IMG/VR virus record: IMGVR_UViG_3300028557_002174
Span: 1-64,000 of that record
Source of the DNA: an uncultured virus (IMG/VR IMGVR_UViG_3300028557_002174)
Taxonomy: Duplodnaviria > Heunggongvirae > Uroviricota > Caudoviricetes
Length of the DNA stretch: 64,000 nt
Direction: 5' to 3' (one strand)
Positions 30,964-40,970 of the stretch are shown here, in pieces. The number at the start of each line of letters is the position of its first letter. The stretch's first letter is position 1. Under the pieces are notes generated by a model. It was not told the DNA's origin, made no database searches, and worked only from the letters and a program-made list of their open reading frames with translations. The position numbers were made by a program, and so were the translations under genes.

Positions 30964-31149
30964 ATGGGAAAAAGAGAAAAAGAACACAGAAAAAAAGTTG
31001 CTGCTCGCAACCAAAAAATCAAAAGTGCTCAACACACCTATGAAAAACTTTACAATGAGAAATTGAAGAAGTATTTGGAGGACCTAAGAGAACAAGCTTC
31101 AACGGGTACGACAGAAGAAAACACAGGATTTGTAATGTCAGGACAATAA
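30964..31149 (+). CDS. Small basic hypothetical protein
   Basis: 61-aa ORF tightly packed in the operon. Confidence 0.55.
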   Translation: MGKREKEHRKKVAARNQKIKSAQHTYEKLYNEKLKKYLEDLREQASTGTTEENTGFVMSGQ

Positions 31150-31153
31150 TGTT

Positions 31154-33526
31154 ATGGACTTATTTAATCCACCAATTAATTACGATTTAACTACTATGTC
31201 AGAAAAAATAAAATTAGAAGAATACGAAAATCCTTACATTCAGGTTGTTTGGGAAGACACGCCTGAAAACTTCACTCAAGAGAGAATTAAGAGTGTAAAA
31301 ACTTATTTTCAAAAGAAATACAATTCATTAAATGTTAATGTCATTACCAAGACAAAACAAACTGAAACAGGACAACAAACTGTGGATGTTTCATTTAACA
31401 TTATGGATAAGAACTATCAACGTGAGTTGATGAAATCTTTTTTGGAAAGTAAGGGTAGTGGTGATAAGTATGATGACATTGTAAAAATTGATGAGGCGGT
31501 TGAGAATAAGTTAATTCAACAGAATGTTGAGGTTACACCATTTCAAAAGTGGTATATTAAGAAGATTCACTTCTCTAACTTTTTGAGTTATGGTGACAAT
31601 CAAGTGTTGGACTTTGAGAAGTGTAACGGTATAACTGTTGTGGAATCAGACCCACCAAACTTTGGTGGTAAAACAGTTTTAACTGTGGACTTATTGATGT
31701 TTCTATTCTTTAACACCACCACTAAAACACAGAAGGCGGAAGAAATTTTCAATAGGTTCCGTGACTCTAATAAAGTACAGGTTAGGGGTGACATCGTTAT
31801 TGATGGCGATGAGTATGTGGTTTCTCGTACAATTGAAAGAAAGAAGTCTAAGTCTGGTGATTGGAATGTCAAAACCGAATTGGATTTCTTAAAAAAATTG
31901 GGGGATGGTTCTTACCAAAACTTTACAGGAGAACAAAGAAGAGAAACTGAGAAGTTTATTAAGAATTCTATTGGTGATATGGATGACTTCTTGATGACTA
32001 TTTTAACTACATCTACTAATTTGGAGGAACTCATTGATTCTAAACCAACTGCTCGTGGACAAGTCCTGAGTAGGTTTATGGGTCTTGAATTCTTGAAAAT
32101 AAAAGAAGAGACGGGTAAAGAAATCGTTTCTACCTTTACCAAAAGTATGATGTCTAATGTCTACAATACTGAGACATTAAAGGGTGATATTGATTTATTG
32201 AAAGAAAAAATCACCACCCTTAAACAGACTAATGTTGATGTTGAAAAGGAGATTGTTGATGTTACCGAAAGATTATCAACTGGTCAAGAATATAAAGACG
32301 GTTTGTTAAATGCGAAATACTCTGACATAGATAAAGAACTTTTAGGTTTAAACCCAATCAACATACAAAGTGAAATTTCAAACTCAGAAAGGGAATGTGA
32401 AAAAATTAAAACCCAAATCAATGGTGTTATAATTAAGGAACCCACATCATACTATCATGAGGACAAACATGATGAGATTAGAAATGAGATGAAAACCACA
32501 AACGGTGAACTTATTCTTGCTCAGAAAAAAGTTGAAGATATTGAAGAATTGGTTAAGAAGTTTGGAGATGGGATTCAGTGTGAGCACTGTGGAATCAAAT
32601 TGATGGAAGCCGCACTGACAAAGAAAAAGATTGATGAGTTGGGTGATTGTGAGAAGAAGGTTGACAAGTTATCAAAACAGTGGAAAGACCTTGATTTCAA
32701 AGAAAAGTCCTACACGCAACTCAAAAAAGACTTTGATGAGTATGAACGTAACAAACTCATTAAGGAAAAATTTGAGGTTGGATTGGAAGCAGAAAAACTT
32801 AAACTTGAGAAAAAACAAGATGTACTTAAAAGATACATTGAGTCTCAAGAAAAGATTAAGAAGAACCAAGAACTTGAGGCAAAGATTATTAAGGCTCAAT
32901 TACGTATTGATGAATTGATTAACCGAAAGAGAGAACTTGAAAGAGCCCAAATCAATAACAACAATGATATTAATTCAGCAACGGCCAAGATTCAAACAAA
33001 TTCTGAAATCATTGAAAAGATTAAAGTTGAATTTGAGAAGGAAAAGATTTATAAAATCTACTTGGAATTGTTTGGTAAGAACGGTATTTCAAAAATCATC
33101 ATGAAAACCATGATGCCATTGATTAATCAAGAACTTCAAAGATTGTTACAAGATTCTTGTTACTTTAACTTGGAGATTAGAATCAATGATAAGAATGAAG
33201 TGGAGTTCATCATGATTGACAATTCAACGGGTATTGAAAAGTTGATGTCATCAGGTTCAGGTTATGAAAGAACAATTGCGAGTATGGCACTTAGAGCCGT
33301 GTTGAGTAAGATATGTTCATTACCAAAACCAAATATCATTGTTTGGGATGAGGTGTTTGGAAAAATTTCAAACGATAACTTAGAATTAGTTGGAGAGTTC
33401 TTCACTAAGATTAAAGATTACTTTGAAAAGGTATTTGTAATCACACACAATCCTTTGGTTACGAACTGGGCTGACAATGTTGTTAGAATTAAAAAAGAAG
33501 AAAACGTATCAAGAGTCATACAATAA
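31154..33526 (+). CDS. sbcC: SbcC/Rad50-like SMC ATPase (T4 gp46-like) with N-terminal extension
   Basis: IHFSNFLSYG, Walker A-like PNFGGKT, CEHC zinc hook between coiled coils, SGSGYER signature, Walker B IIVWDE, VITH. Confidence 0.9.
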   Translation: MDLFNPPINYDLTTMSEKIKLEEYENPYIQVVWEDTPENFTQERIKSVKTYFQKKYNSLNVNVITKTKQTETGQQTVDVSFNIMDKNYQRELMKSFLESKGSGDKYDDIVKIDEAVENKLIQQNVEVTPFQKWYIKKIHFSNFLSYGDNQVLDFEKCNGITVVESDPPNFGGKTVLTVDLLMFLFFNTTTKTQKAEEIFNRFRDSNKVQVRGDIVIDGDEYVVSRTIERKKSKSGDWNVKTELDFLKKLGDGSYQNFTGEQRRETEKFIKNSIGDMDDFLMTILTTSTNLEELIDSKPTARGQVLSRFMGLEFLKIKEETGKEIVSTFTKSMMSNVYNTETLKGDIDLLKEKITTLKQTNVDVEKEIVDVTERLSTGQEYKDGLLNAKYSDIDKELLGLNPINIQSEISNSERECEKIKTQINGVIIKEPTSYYHEDKHDEIRNEMKTTNGELILAQKKVEDIEELVKKFGDGIQCEHCGIKLMEAALTKKKIDELGDCEKKVDKLSKQWKDLDFKEKSYTQLKKDFDEYERNKLIKEKFEVGLEAEKLKLEKKQDVLKRYIESQEKIKKNQELEAKIIKAQLRIDELINRKRELERAQINNNNDINSATAKIQTNSEIIEKIKVEFEKEKIYKIYLELFGKNGISKIIMKTMMPLINQELQRLLQDSCYFNLEIRINDKNEVEFIMIDNSTGIEKLMSSGSGYERTIASMALRAVLSKICSLPKPNIIVWDEVFGKISNDNLELVGEFFTKIKDYFEKVFVITHNPLVTNWADNVVRIKKEENVSRVIQ

Positions 33527-34053
33527 TGAAAGATTATACTGAGATTAAAGGGTGGTTTAATCACCTTAAGAGTTATGACTACCTAATAGAACAATGTCCT
33601 GAGGGTGGTACAATGGTTGAATTAGGTGCGTGGCTTGGTAAGTCATCATCTTATTTAGTTGACAAAGCCATTAATCGTAATGTAATCATTATTGACTCAT
33701 GGAAGGGTTCCCCTAATGAGTTAACCTCTACACATAAGTTGGCAACTGAAGTTGATATCTATGAAGTTTTTAAAAAAAACATGGGGGAAAGAACCTACAA
33801 ATCAATCAGAGGGTTGTCTTCAGAAGTTGTAAGTCAATTTGAAGATGAAAGTTTGGATGTCGTGTTCATTGACTTAACACACACTTACGAATCTGTTAAA
33901 GAAGATATCGGTTTGTGGTTACCAAAAGTTAAAAGGGGGGGAATACTATCAGGTCATGATTATGAGGATTCATGGCCTGGTGTTGTTAAAGCGGTAGACG
34001 AAATGTTACCCACACGAACAATCATGGAAAACTGTTGGATTTTTCGTAAATAA
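33526..34053 (+). CDS. Class I SAM methyltransferase (Methyltransf_24-like)
   Basis: VELGAWLGKS, IDSW, VFIDLTHTY, GGILSGHDY..WPGV. Confidence 0.85.
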   Translation: MKDYTEIKGWFNHLKSYDYLIEQCPEGGTMVELGAWLGKSSSYLVDKAINRNVIIIDSWKGSPNELTSTHKLATEVDIYEVFKKNMGERTYKSIRGLSSEVVSQFEDESLDVVFIDLTHTYESVKEDIGLWLPKVKRGGILSGHDYEDSWPGVVKAVDEMLPTRTIMENCWIFRK

Positions 34054-34054
34054 G

Positions 34055-34087
34055 TTTGGTTCTATTACCATTTTGGTATTACATTTG
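34055..34087 (+). promoter_or_regulatory. Bacteroidota-type sigma-A promoter
   Basis: TTTG (34055-58), 21-nt spacer, TACATTTG (34080-87), upstream of the 34106 and sigma-factor genes. Confidence 0.6.
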
Positions 34088-34105
34088 TAGTAAATAAAAA
34101 GACAT

Positions 34106-34645
34106 ATGAATTATTTAATTACAATGTTGGGTGATTTCCAAGTCAATGATAGAGTTAGGGCGATTAATATTTGTCTCGCACCTATGGTTAGCTCAAAAAA
34201 GTTAAAACTTTCAAATACGAATACCTTTATCATATCACATTTTGAATCTGACTGGAATTTAAACAATATAACCAGTTATGTTAAAGATGTTTTGAATAAC
34301 CATGTTGATATGGTTATAGTTTCACCTTCGGAAAATGTTAGCGTACTTGTCAATAATGACTTTGCAAGTAACTTAACGGATTTAGAACAAGAGAATGAAA
34401 ACTCCAATGTTCAATCCGACACTGTTAAAATTCATAGTGATTTTGAAAAATTACAACAGGAGATTATTGACATGATGGAAGAGGATGATGATGACGATGA
34501 TGATGAGGATGAAATTAAAACAATTATTCAAAAGTCTAAAAAGAAAACATTATCTTTGGATGACTTATTGGATAAAATCACAGAATTTGGTTTTAACTCT
34601 TTAACTGAAAACGAAAAAAAATTACTACAAAAACTATCTAAATAA
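34106..34645 (+). CDS. Hypothetical protein with an acidic tract and C-terminal 'LDxLLDKI...SLT..EK' helical motif
   Basis: Poly-Asp tract and LDDLLDKITEFGFNSLTENEKKLL; directly upstream of the sigma factor. Confidence 0.6.
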   Translation: MNYLITMLGDFQVNDRVRAINICLAPMVSSKKLKLSNTNTFIISHFESDWNLNNITSYVKDVLNNHVDMVIVSPSENVSVLVNNDFASNLTDLEQENENSNVQSDTVKIHSDFEKLQQEIIDMMEEDDDDDDDEDEIKTIIQKSKKKTLSLDDLLDKITEFGFNSLTENEKKLLQKLSK

Positions 34646-34646
34646 C

Positions 34647-35447
34647 ATGAAAGACAAAATATCTACAATTCCAATCAATCAAGAAGAAATTGCAACATAT
34701 CTTAAAGATATTCGCAAGATTAAAGTAATGACAGTTGAGCGAGAACGTGAATTGGCTCAAAAAATTCTATCAGGTGATATTACAGAATCAGAAAAGAAAC
34801 AAATTGAACAGGAACTTTTAATTGGTAACTTGAGATTTGTTATAACTGTGGCTAAACAGTATCAAAACCAAGGGCTTGAATTATCAGATTTGATTGCTGA
34901 GGGTAATTTGGGACTATTAAAGGCGGTTGGGAATTTTGATTGGACTAAACAACTACGTTTTATTTCATACGCAGTTTGGTGGATTCGTCAATCAATTCTT
35001 CAATCTCTAAATGAAAATGCTCGTACTATCCGACTCCCGGTTAACGTCGTACAAGAACTTCAGAAGGCCAAGAAAGAAGTTGAAAAAAACGGGGCGGATT
35101 TACCTGATAAGTTTGTTAATCTCCCAACGACAATAAATTATGATGCACCTCTAAATGAAGAAGGTGATACGTTGTTGGATTTGATTAAGAATCCTGATGC
35201 AGAATTACCTGACTCAATATTTGACACAAAGGAAATACTCAAAGAGAAATTAAAAGAAATTTTGGGAATCTTGGATGATAGAGAAAAAATTATTATTGAA
35301 GATTACTTTGGTTTGTCAGGTCAAACAAGAACTTTAGAGGACATCGGTAATGACTTCAAACTGACAAAAGAACGTGTACGACAAATTAAAGAAAAGGCAT
35401 TACGTAAACTTCGTAATGAGTCTAACGACCTGTTTGAGTATCTATAA
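34647..35447 (+). CDS. RNA polymerase sigma-70 factor (RpoD/SigA-like, no region 1.1)
   Basis: YLKDI, NLRFVITVAKQY, DLIAEGNLGLLKA, RFISYAVWWIRQ, region 4 TLEDIG....LTKERVRQI. Confidence 0.95.
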   Translation: MKDKISTIPINQEEIATYLKDIRKIKVMTVERERELAQKILSGDITESEKKQIEQELLIGNLRFVITVAKQYQNQGLELSDLIAEGNLGLLKAVGNFDWTKQLRFISYAVWWIRQSILQSLNENARTIRLPVNVVQELQKAKKEVEKNGADLPDKFVNLPTTINYDAPLNEEGDTLLDLIKNPDAELPDSIFDTKEILKEKLKEILGILDDREKIIIEDYFGLSGQTRTLEDIGNDFKLTKERVRQIKEKALRKLRNESNDLFEYL

Positions 35448-35467
35448 TATTTATTAATAAAAAAACT

Positions 35468-35737
35468 ATGAAAGAATTTGTAAAAAAGAATTTTAACGTA
35501 ATTATTTTAGTAATTGCTGTTTTAGGTTTATTTAAAAGTTGCGGAGATACGAGACAATTATCAAAAATAAATAAACAAATGGAAACTTTGGTTACTAAAG
35601 AAGAAATGACTAAAGAGTTGAAAAGAAGTGGGTTAGAGGCTGAAAAAAGAATGATTCAGGCAACTGATAGAAAACTTTTAGATGTTAGAAGACAAACTGA
35701 AATTGACGAAGAAATAAAAAAACTTGATATTAAATAA
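35468..35737 (+). CDS. Small membrane-anchored protein
   Basis: N-terminal hydrophobic helix ending FKSCG; TATTTAT at 35448. Confidence 0.6.
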   Translation: MKEFVKKNFNVIILVIAVLGLFKSCGDTRQLSKINKQMETLVTKEEMTKELKRSGLEAEKRMIQATDRKLLDVRRQTEIDEEIKKLDIK

Positions 35738-36448
35738 ATGAATTGGTTTCAGAAAAACTTCAAAACCATAATCTATATTGCGTTTTTAGTACCAATATTA
35801 ACAGTTGCGTTTGTCTCAATATCTCACGTAACAACTTGGTATGGTATAACAAACCCAATTAGTTGGGCAATATATTTGTCAGTTGGTATTGAAATTGCGG
35901 CATTGGCAGCTCTTGCCGCAATATCGGCACAGATGGGAAATAAAGTATATTTTCCATTTGGTATTGTTACGTTAATTCAGTTCTTAGGTAATATCTTCTT
36001 TGCTTATCAGTACATAGATGTTAACTCAGCGTCATTCCAAAGTTGGGTGGAGATGGTTGACCCAATAGTTTCTTATATTGGTGTTGAGTCAGGTAGTATG
36101 GTTTCACATAAAAGATTCTTAGCGTTGTTTTCTGGTGGTATGTTACCACTTATTTCATTATCATTCTTACATATGTTAGTCAAGTTTGAAGAGACAGGGA
36201 AAAACAATGTTAATCCAAAAGAAGAAGTTGATATTGAGAAAATTTCTAAAGATGCGGGTAAGAAGGAAGGTGAGTTATTGAATGAAGAACCTGAAAAAAT
36301 TAACCCAACACCTGAAGATTTAGAAAAACTTGAAGACGTATTACAACATATTACATCCAATAAGTTTTCTGTATTAACAGAGGAAGAAGATGAAAACATT
36401 ACACAACCTGAGAAAAAAGTATTAAGATATACTGGTAGAAATGGTTGA
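35738..36448 (+). CDS. Multi-pass membrane protein (possible holin-like)
   Basis: About four hydrophobic helices and a charged C-tail, overlapping the start of the amidase gene. Confidence 0.5.
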   Translation: MNWFQKNFKTIIYIAFLVPILTVAFVSISHVTTWYGITNPISWAIYLSVGIEIAALAALAAISAQMGNKVYFPFGIVTLIQFLGNIFFAYQYIDVNSASFQSWVEMVDPIVSYIGVESGSMVSHKRFLALFSGGMLPLISLSFLHMLVKFEETGKNNVNPKEEVDIEKISKDAGKKEGELLNEEPEKINPTPEDLEKLEDVLQHITSNKFSVLTEEEDENITQPEKKVLRYTGRNG

Positions 36449-37058
36449 TATTATCAAATATGGTAATTTTAAAGGGTTTGGTAAACCCAAGAAAAAAAGA
36501 CAAATAATTCTTTGTCATACTTCAAGGGAGGTCGGTGAATACTTGACCTCTCTTAAATTTAGGTATAATGGTAAATACAAAAAGATACCTAACTATGTAA
36601 TTTCACAGGAAGGTGTGATTTATGAGTTGTTAAATCCGAAATACAGTTCAGAATTCTTTTCAGATAATTCAATGAAAAGTGCGGGGATTTCAATTGTCCT
36701 TGAAAATTTGGGTTGGTTAAATAAAAAACCATTATCATCGTTTTACCTTAATTGGTTTGGTAATATTTATAAACAAGAGGTTTACGAAAAAAAATGGAGA
36801 GATTATAATTTTTGGCAACCATATACAAACGAGCAGATTATCAAAACGGCTCAGTTGTGTAAGATGTTGTGTAAAGATTTTGAAATCCCTAATAAATTCG
36901 TTGGACACAATGTAAAAGTTGATGGTATAGAATTATTTCAAGGTGTAACAACAAGAAGTAATTACCATCAAAGATATACAGATGTTAGTCCGGCATTTGA
37001 TTTTGATAACTTTAAAAAAGAATTAGAAAATGAACAATTATATGAACGAAAGGTATGA
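36441..37058 (+). CDS. N-acetylmuramoyl-L-alanine amidase (Amidase_2), probable endolysin
   Basis: IILCHT, NYVISQEGVIY, ISIVLEN, YTNEQI, VGHN, TDVSPAFD. Confidence 0.7.
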   Translation: MVDIIKYGNFKGFGKPKKKRQIILCHTSREVGEYLTSLKFRYNGKYKKIPNYVISQEGVIYELLNPKYSSEFFSDNSMKSAGISIVLENLGWLNKKPLSSFYLNWFGNIYKQEVYEKKWRDYNFWQPYTNEQIIKTAQLCKMLCKDFEIPNKFVGHNVKVDGIELFQGVTTRSNYHQRYTDVSPAFDFDNFKKELENEQLYERKV

Positions 37059-37614
37059 CTCTATTAAAGATTTAGTCAAAAGAGCAAGACTAATCAACGA
37101 ACAACTTAATGCCGAAAAACTTGGACCAATAAATGTCGCAGCTGACATTGAAGCAAGTATTGATGACAATACATTTGAAACCGCCATTGAAAAACCAAAA
37201 AACAGAGGTGAGGAAGAAGAAACTAATTTTGTGCAGAGATATAAAATTTCTGGTTCAATAATGGCGATTCATGGTAAGACAAAGGCTGAAACCGATATTA
37301 CTTCAGATGATAAAGTTTCATTCCAAGACACCATTGATGAATTCACTGAAGAAGTATCTGACTTGGTTGATTTCAATCAATTGAACGTTTATCCAAACAC
37401 GGTAGAATGGTCAGGTAAAATCATTGACAGTGATGTTGAGTTCATTTATACTATTGGTGAGGACAGTGGAATCTATATTAATGGTAACATGTTAAAAATT
37501 GACGATTCAACTTTAGAGATGATTAATAAGTTGAAGACTTTTTATGAAAAGTTTAAATCCAAGTGGTCTAAAGTATTGGCGGCAAGAAAACAAGCTCCTG
37601 AAGATTATGATTAG
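37030..37614 (+). CDS. Hypothetical acidic protein
   Basis: 194-aa ORF overlapping both neighbours. Confidence 0.65.
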   Translation: MNNYMNERYDSIKDLVKRARLINEQLNAEKLGPINVAADIEASIDDNTFETAIEKPKNRGEEEETNFVQRYKISGSIMAIHGKTKAETDITSDDKVSFQDTIDEFTEEVSDLVDFNQLNVYPNTVEWSGKIIDSDVEFIYTIGEDSGIYINGNMLKIDDSTLEMINKLKTFYEKFKSKWSKVLAARKQAPEDYD

Positions 37615-37981
37615 TCCTAATCAAATATTTGATAAAAAAGATTTAACCTTGAAAAATGTTCTCAAGGTTATTCTTGTTTTAGTAATACTTTGGTATTTGA
37701 TACAAATAACAACGGTAGTTAAGATATCAAAAGAAAGTAAAAGAGAACTTGATTCTTTACAGTCCCATATAGAAATGGTTGAGTTTAACCAACAACTAAT
37801 TCAATCGGACATTGATAAAGTAAGTGAAGAAATTAAGGTAGTGGAGACAAGAGTTGAAACCATAAAAGAAACAAAAACCCAAATAGGAAATGAGTTTAGT
37901 AAAAAAATTAGTGATGCTTCTAAGTATGGTCATGTTGAGCTCGACATGTTTTTCGCAGACCGTTACAAAGAGTTATACTGA
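37607..37981 (+). CDS. Membrane-anchored coiled-coil protein (possible i-spanin)
   Basis: VILVLVILWYLIQI TM segment then coiled coil; ATG at 37607. Confidence 0.5.
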   Translation: MISPNQIFDKKDLTLKNVLKVILVLVILWYLIQITTVVKISKESKRELDSLQSHIEMVEFNQQLIQSDIDKVSEEIKVVETRVETIKETKTQIGNEFSKKISDASKYGHVELDMFFADRYKELY

Positions 37982-38321
37982 TACACAAAAGATAGTTTTG
38001 CCAGTCCCTGTGGCAAAACAAATAGTAATTGATTTATTGAGGGGGGATTCGGCATTTGCTCAATTGAAAATGTCCAATCAACACATTATTGAACTTGAGA
38101 ACATTGTTTCTTTAAAAGATTCTGTAATTGATAAGATGAAGTTGAAAGAAGAAAATTACAATTTGATTATATCAGATGAAAAAAAGAAGACAGAAATTTA
38201 TCAAAAAGAACTCAAGATTACCCAAAAGGAATTAAAGAGAATCAAAGCTAAAAGAACTTTTACTAATATAATTTCAGGAGTTTTAATTGGTACATTAACC
38301 TATTTATACATAACAAAATAA
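37890..38321 (+). CDS. Signal-peptide coiled-coil protein with C-terminal TM (possible spanin component)
   Basis: KKLVMLLSMVMLSSTCFSQ signal peptide and C-terminal hydrophobic helix; overlaps the upstream gene by 92 bp. Confidence 0.5.
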   Translation: MSLVKKLVMLLSMVMLSSTCFSQTVTKSYTDTQKIVLPVPVAKQIVIDLLRGDSAFAQLKMSNQHIIELENIVSLKDSVIDKMKLKEENYNLIISDEKKKTEIYQKELKITQKELKRIKAKRTFTNIISGVLIGTLTYLYITK

Positions 38322-38323
38322 CT

Positions 38324-38569
38324 ATGGCACTAACTAGTTCAGAAGTAAAAGAAGTTGAAGTATTGATTAGAAAAGAGATGAAAAGTTTCTTGGAGAGCAA
38401 TACATTAAAACAATTTGAAGATAAGTTAATTGATAAGATTGCTAAAGAAATTAAACGAGGTAAACTTGAGGGTGATATTAAAGACATTACACTTAGAATG
38501 TTCCGAGAATTCTACCAATTCATGTGGATGAATAGAAGTTATTGGGAACCAAGATTAAAGAACGCATAA
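38324..38569 (+). CDS. Hypothetical protein
   Basis: 81-aa ORF with TATTTAT at 38301. Confidence 0.65.
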   Translation: MALTSSEVKEVEVLIRKEMKSFLESNTLKQFEDKLIDKIAKEIKRGKLEGDIKDITLRMFREFYQFMWMNRSYWEPRLKNA

Positions 38570-38573
38570 TCAA

Positions 38574-39314
38574 ATGAAATCATCATCTAATTTATTCAAA
38601 CAGAGTCTTGAAAAGGCTTACATAAACGACCCAACAATATCAAAAGATATTGATGTTGTGTCAGATTTAGATAAGTATTCTGATGAGATGACTGAAAATG
38701 AAGAAACCACTGAAGCTACAGGGGCGGCTTCTGCGGGAGCATTTTCGGCACCATTATTTGCCAAGGAAGAAACTAAAGAAGAGGAAAAAATACCTGGAGG
38801 TCTTTCAAAAAACAAGACATTAAAAGACATTGCAAAAAAACACGACAAGAAAGGATATGACCATATTGATGATATGGTAAAACATTTGAAGAGTCAATTG
38901 GTGAAAGGTATTAAAGTTGAAATGGAACATACCAATAGTGTTGATGTTGCAATGGAAATTGCTAAAGACCATCTTTTTGAAGACCCAAATTATTACGATA
39001 ATTTAAAGAAAATTGAAGCAACGGAAGCAACTACCACAGCGTCTTCGGGTCAATATTCAACACCGGCATTTGTTGCTAAAAACGATAAGAATTGGAGAGG
39101 TGGTAAAAAACCAATTTACAAAGGTGGTAAGTTCGCACAAGTTAAAAAGAAATGTTTAACATTCCCATATTGTAATCAAGGAGCTGGTGCTGTTGTTTAC
39201 AAAAATAAGTCATCTTTAGATGAAGCAATTAAAAATGTGAGTACAAGATTGGGTGTTGAAGAACAAATAATAAAAAGGATTCTTTATAATCATTTTAAAA
39301 AGAAGAAAAAGTAA
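38574..39314 (+). CDS. Hypothetical protein with a DUF5661-like 'GIKVEMEH...DHL.EDP.YY' domain
   Basis: KGIKVEMEHTNSVDVAMEIAKDHLFEDPNYYDNLKKIE; internal repeat EAT(G/T)xAS(A/S)G. Confidence 0.6.
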   Translation: MKSSSNLFKQSLEKAYINDPTISKDIDVVSDLDKYSDEMTENEETTEATGAASAGAFSAPLFAKEETKEEEKIPGGLSKNKTLKDIAKKHDKKGYDHIDDMVKHLKSQLVKGIKVEMEHTNSVDVAMEIAKDHLFEDPNYYDNLKKIEATEATTTASSGQYSTPAFVAKNDKNWRGGKKPIYKGGKFAQVKKKCLTFPYCNQGAGAVVYKNKSSLDEAIKNVSTRLGVEEQIIKRILYNHFKKKKK

Positions 39315-39356
39315 TCATTCTGTAAGTTTAGATATTTATAGATTAAAACGACCGTT

Positions 39357-40925
39357 ATGGATAGATTTGAAAAATATTTGGATAAAGTTGTGAAACAAGT
39401 CCTTGATGAAACTTTAAATAAAAAAGTTGGAAATCTTGTATCTGAGATTGAAAAAAAATCTAAGTTACATGGTGGACAACACAAAATTGATGTTGCCGAA
39501 CCAAAAGGTAAAATTACCGCCGATGACTTCAAAAAATTAAGAACTAAAAAAGATATGAAAGAATACACTATGGGTGATGACCAAATTGAAAAGGTTGAAC
39601 CCTATGGAGATTTCTCAACAGATAGTCCTAAAAAAGTTGGTAAAGTGAAGAACGTAGGATATAACTATGAAAGGAAAGTTGCGAAAGAGTTCAATGAAAA
39701 TGATATGGAAGAAGGTAATGCGTTTTCAGGAGCGTTAGCAAAAGCTAAAAAAGACGGTAAATCGTCTTTTGAAGTTGACGGTAAAACTTATGAAGTTAAA
39801 GAAGGTCAAGTTTATCCTGAGAAAACTGATGATGGAGATTTTTTATCCAATTTCATAAAAAATGCTTTAAAAAGAAATACGGGATTATATCCTAAAAAAG
39901 ACAAAGAACAAACTATGGTTCCAAAAAAGGATTATAATGATTTTGACGAGTACAAAGATGATGATGATGAATATTCATCACATATGTTTATTGGTGAAGA
40001 AGGTGAAAAAGATAATTTTATTCAAAAAGTAACCAAAAAAATGGAAAAGAAAGGTACTTCAGGTAAATTTGGTCAGTGGTGTAAAAAAGAAGGTTTAGAT
40101 AAAGACGGTGAAGTTACTAAAAAATGTATTGATAAAGCAATGAAGTCAGATGACAGTAAAGTTGTTAAAATGGCTAATTTTGCTAAAAACATTGGAGGAT
40201 TCAAAGGTGCTAAACACGAAAGTGTTCAAATGACAGAATCTGAAGTTATTGAATTAATTGAAAGACTTGTTATGGAACAAAATAAAATAGCTGCAGATGC
40301 TGACTTGAAAAAAGTATCTAAACAGAACAAAAATACAAACCAAGAAAGTTTAAAGGCAACTAAAGAGAAACTTGAAAAATGGTCTAAAGATAGTAATGTT
40401 GAGGGATATACAACAGAACCTAAACATTTCCCTAAAGGTAATGGTGAAATGAAGGAAATGGATAAGAAAGCTTACAAACCTTCAGACGCGGTTGAAGAGT
40501 ATATTGATGCATTTGCTTACCCAGGTCAAACAAATTTGGTTTATGATGAAATCAAACCAAATGATGAGTGGATTGAGGCAAATTTGAAAGGTTCTTCAAA
40601 AACAGGAAACGCTACAAAAGACAAAGATGGTAATGACTTAGGTAATGTTGTATCATCTGAACTTGGTGAAAAAATGTATAAAAATTTCAAGGATAACGTA
40701 TATGGTGCAGAACAAATGAATGCATCTTATAAGAGATATCCTCAACCTGTTGACCAAGCTGGTGAAGGAACTGAAGATGGTGATTTGAAATTGAAAAAAG
40801 GTTCTCAAAAATCCGAAAAGATTTTTAAACAATTGGAATCTAAAGAAGATAAGAAAACAAATCTTATGAATGAACAGATTTCAAGAATGATGAATATCGT
40901 TGGATACAACCAAAAAACTCAATAA
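39357..40925 (+). CDS. Large charged hypothetical protein (possible internal head protein)
   Basis: 522-aa Lys/Glu/Asp-rich ORF; TATTTAT at 39333. Confidence 0.6.
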   Translation: MDRFEKYLDKVVKQVLDETLNKKVGNLVSEIEKKSKLHGGQHKIDVAEPKGKITADDFKKLRTKKDMKEYTMGDDQIEKVEPYGDFSTDSPKKVGKVKNVGYNYERKVAKEFNENDMEEGNAFSGALAKAKKDGKSSFEVDGKTYEVKEGQVYPEKTDDGDFLSNFIKNALKRNTGLYPKKDKEQTMVPKKDYNDFDEYKDDDDEYSSHMFIGEEGEKDNFIQKVTKKMEKKGTSGKFGQWCKKEGLDKDGEVTKKCIDKAMKSDDSKVVKMANFAKNIGGFKGAKHESVQMTESEVIELIERLVMEQNKIAADADLKKVSKQNKNTNQESLKATKEKLEKWSKDSNVEGYTTEPKHFPKGNGEMKEMDKKAYKPSDAVEEYIDAFAYPGQTNLVYDEIKPNDEWIEANLKGSSKTGNATKDKDGNDLGNVVSSELGEKMYKNFKDNVYGAEQMNASYKRYPQPVDQAGEGTEDGDLKLKKGSQKSEKIFKQLESKEDKKTNLMNEQISRMMNIVGYNQKTQ

Positions 40926-40970
40926 TCTTTAATAATTTTAATTTTATATTAAATTCTCCATAGAGACCCT

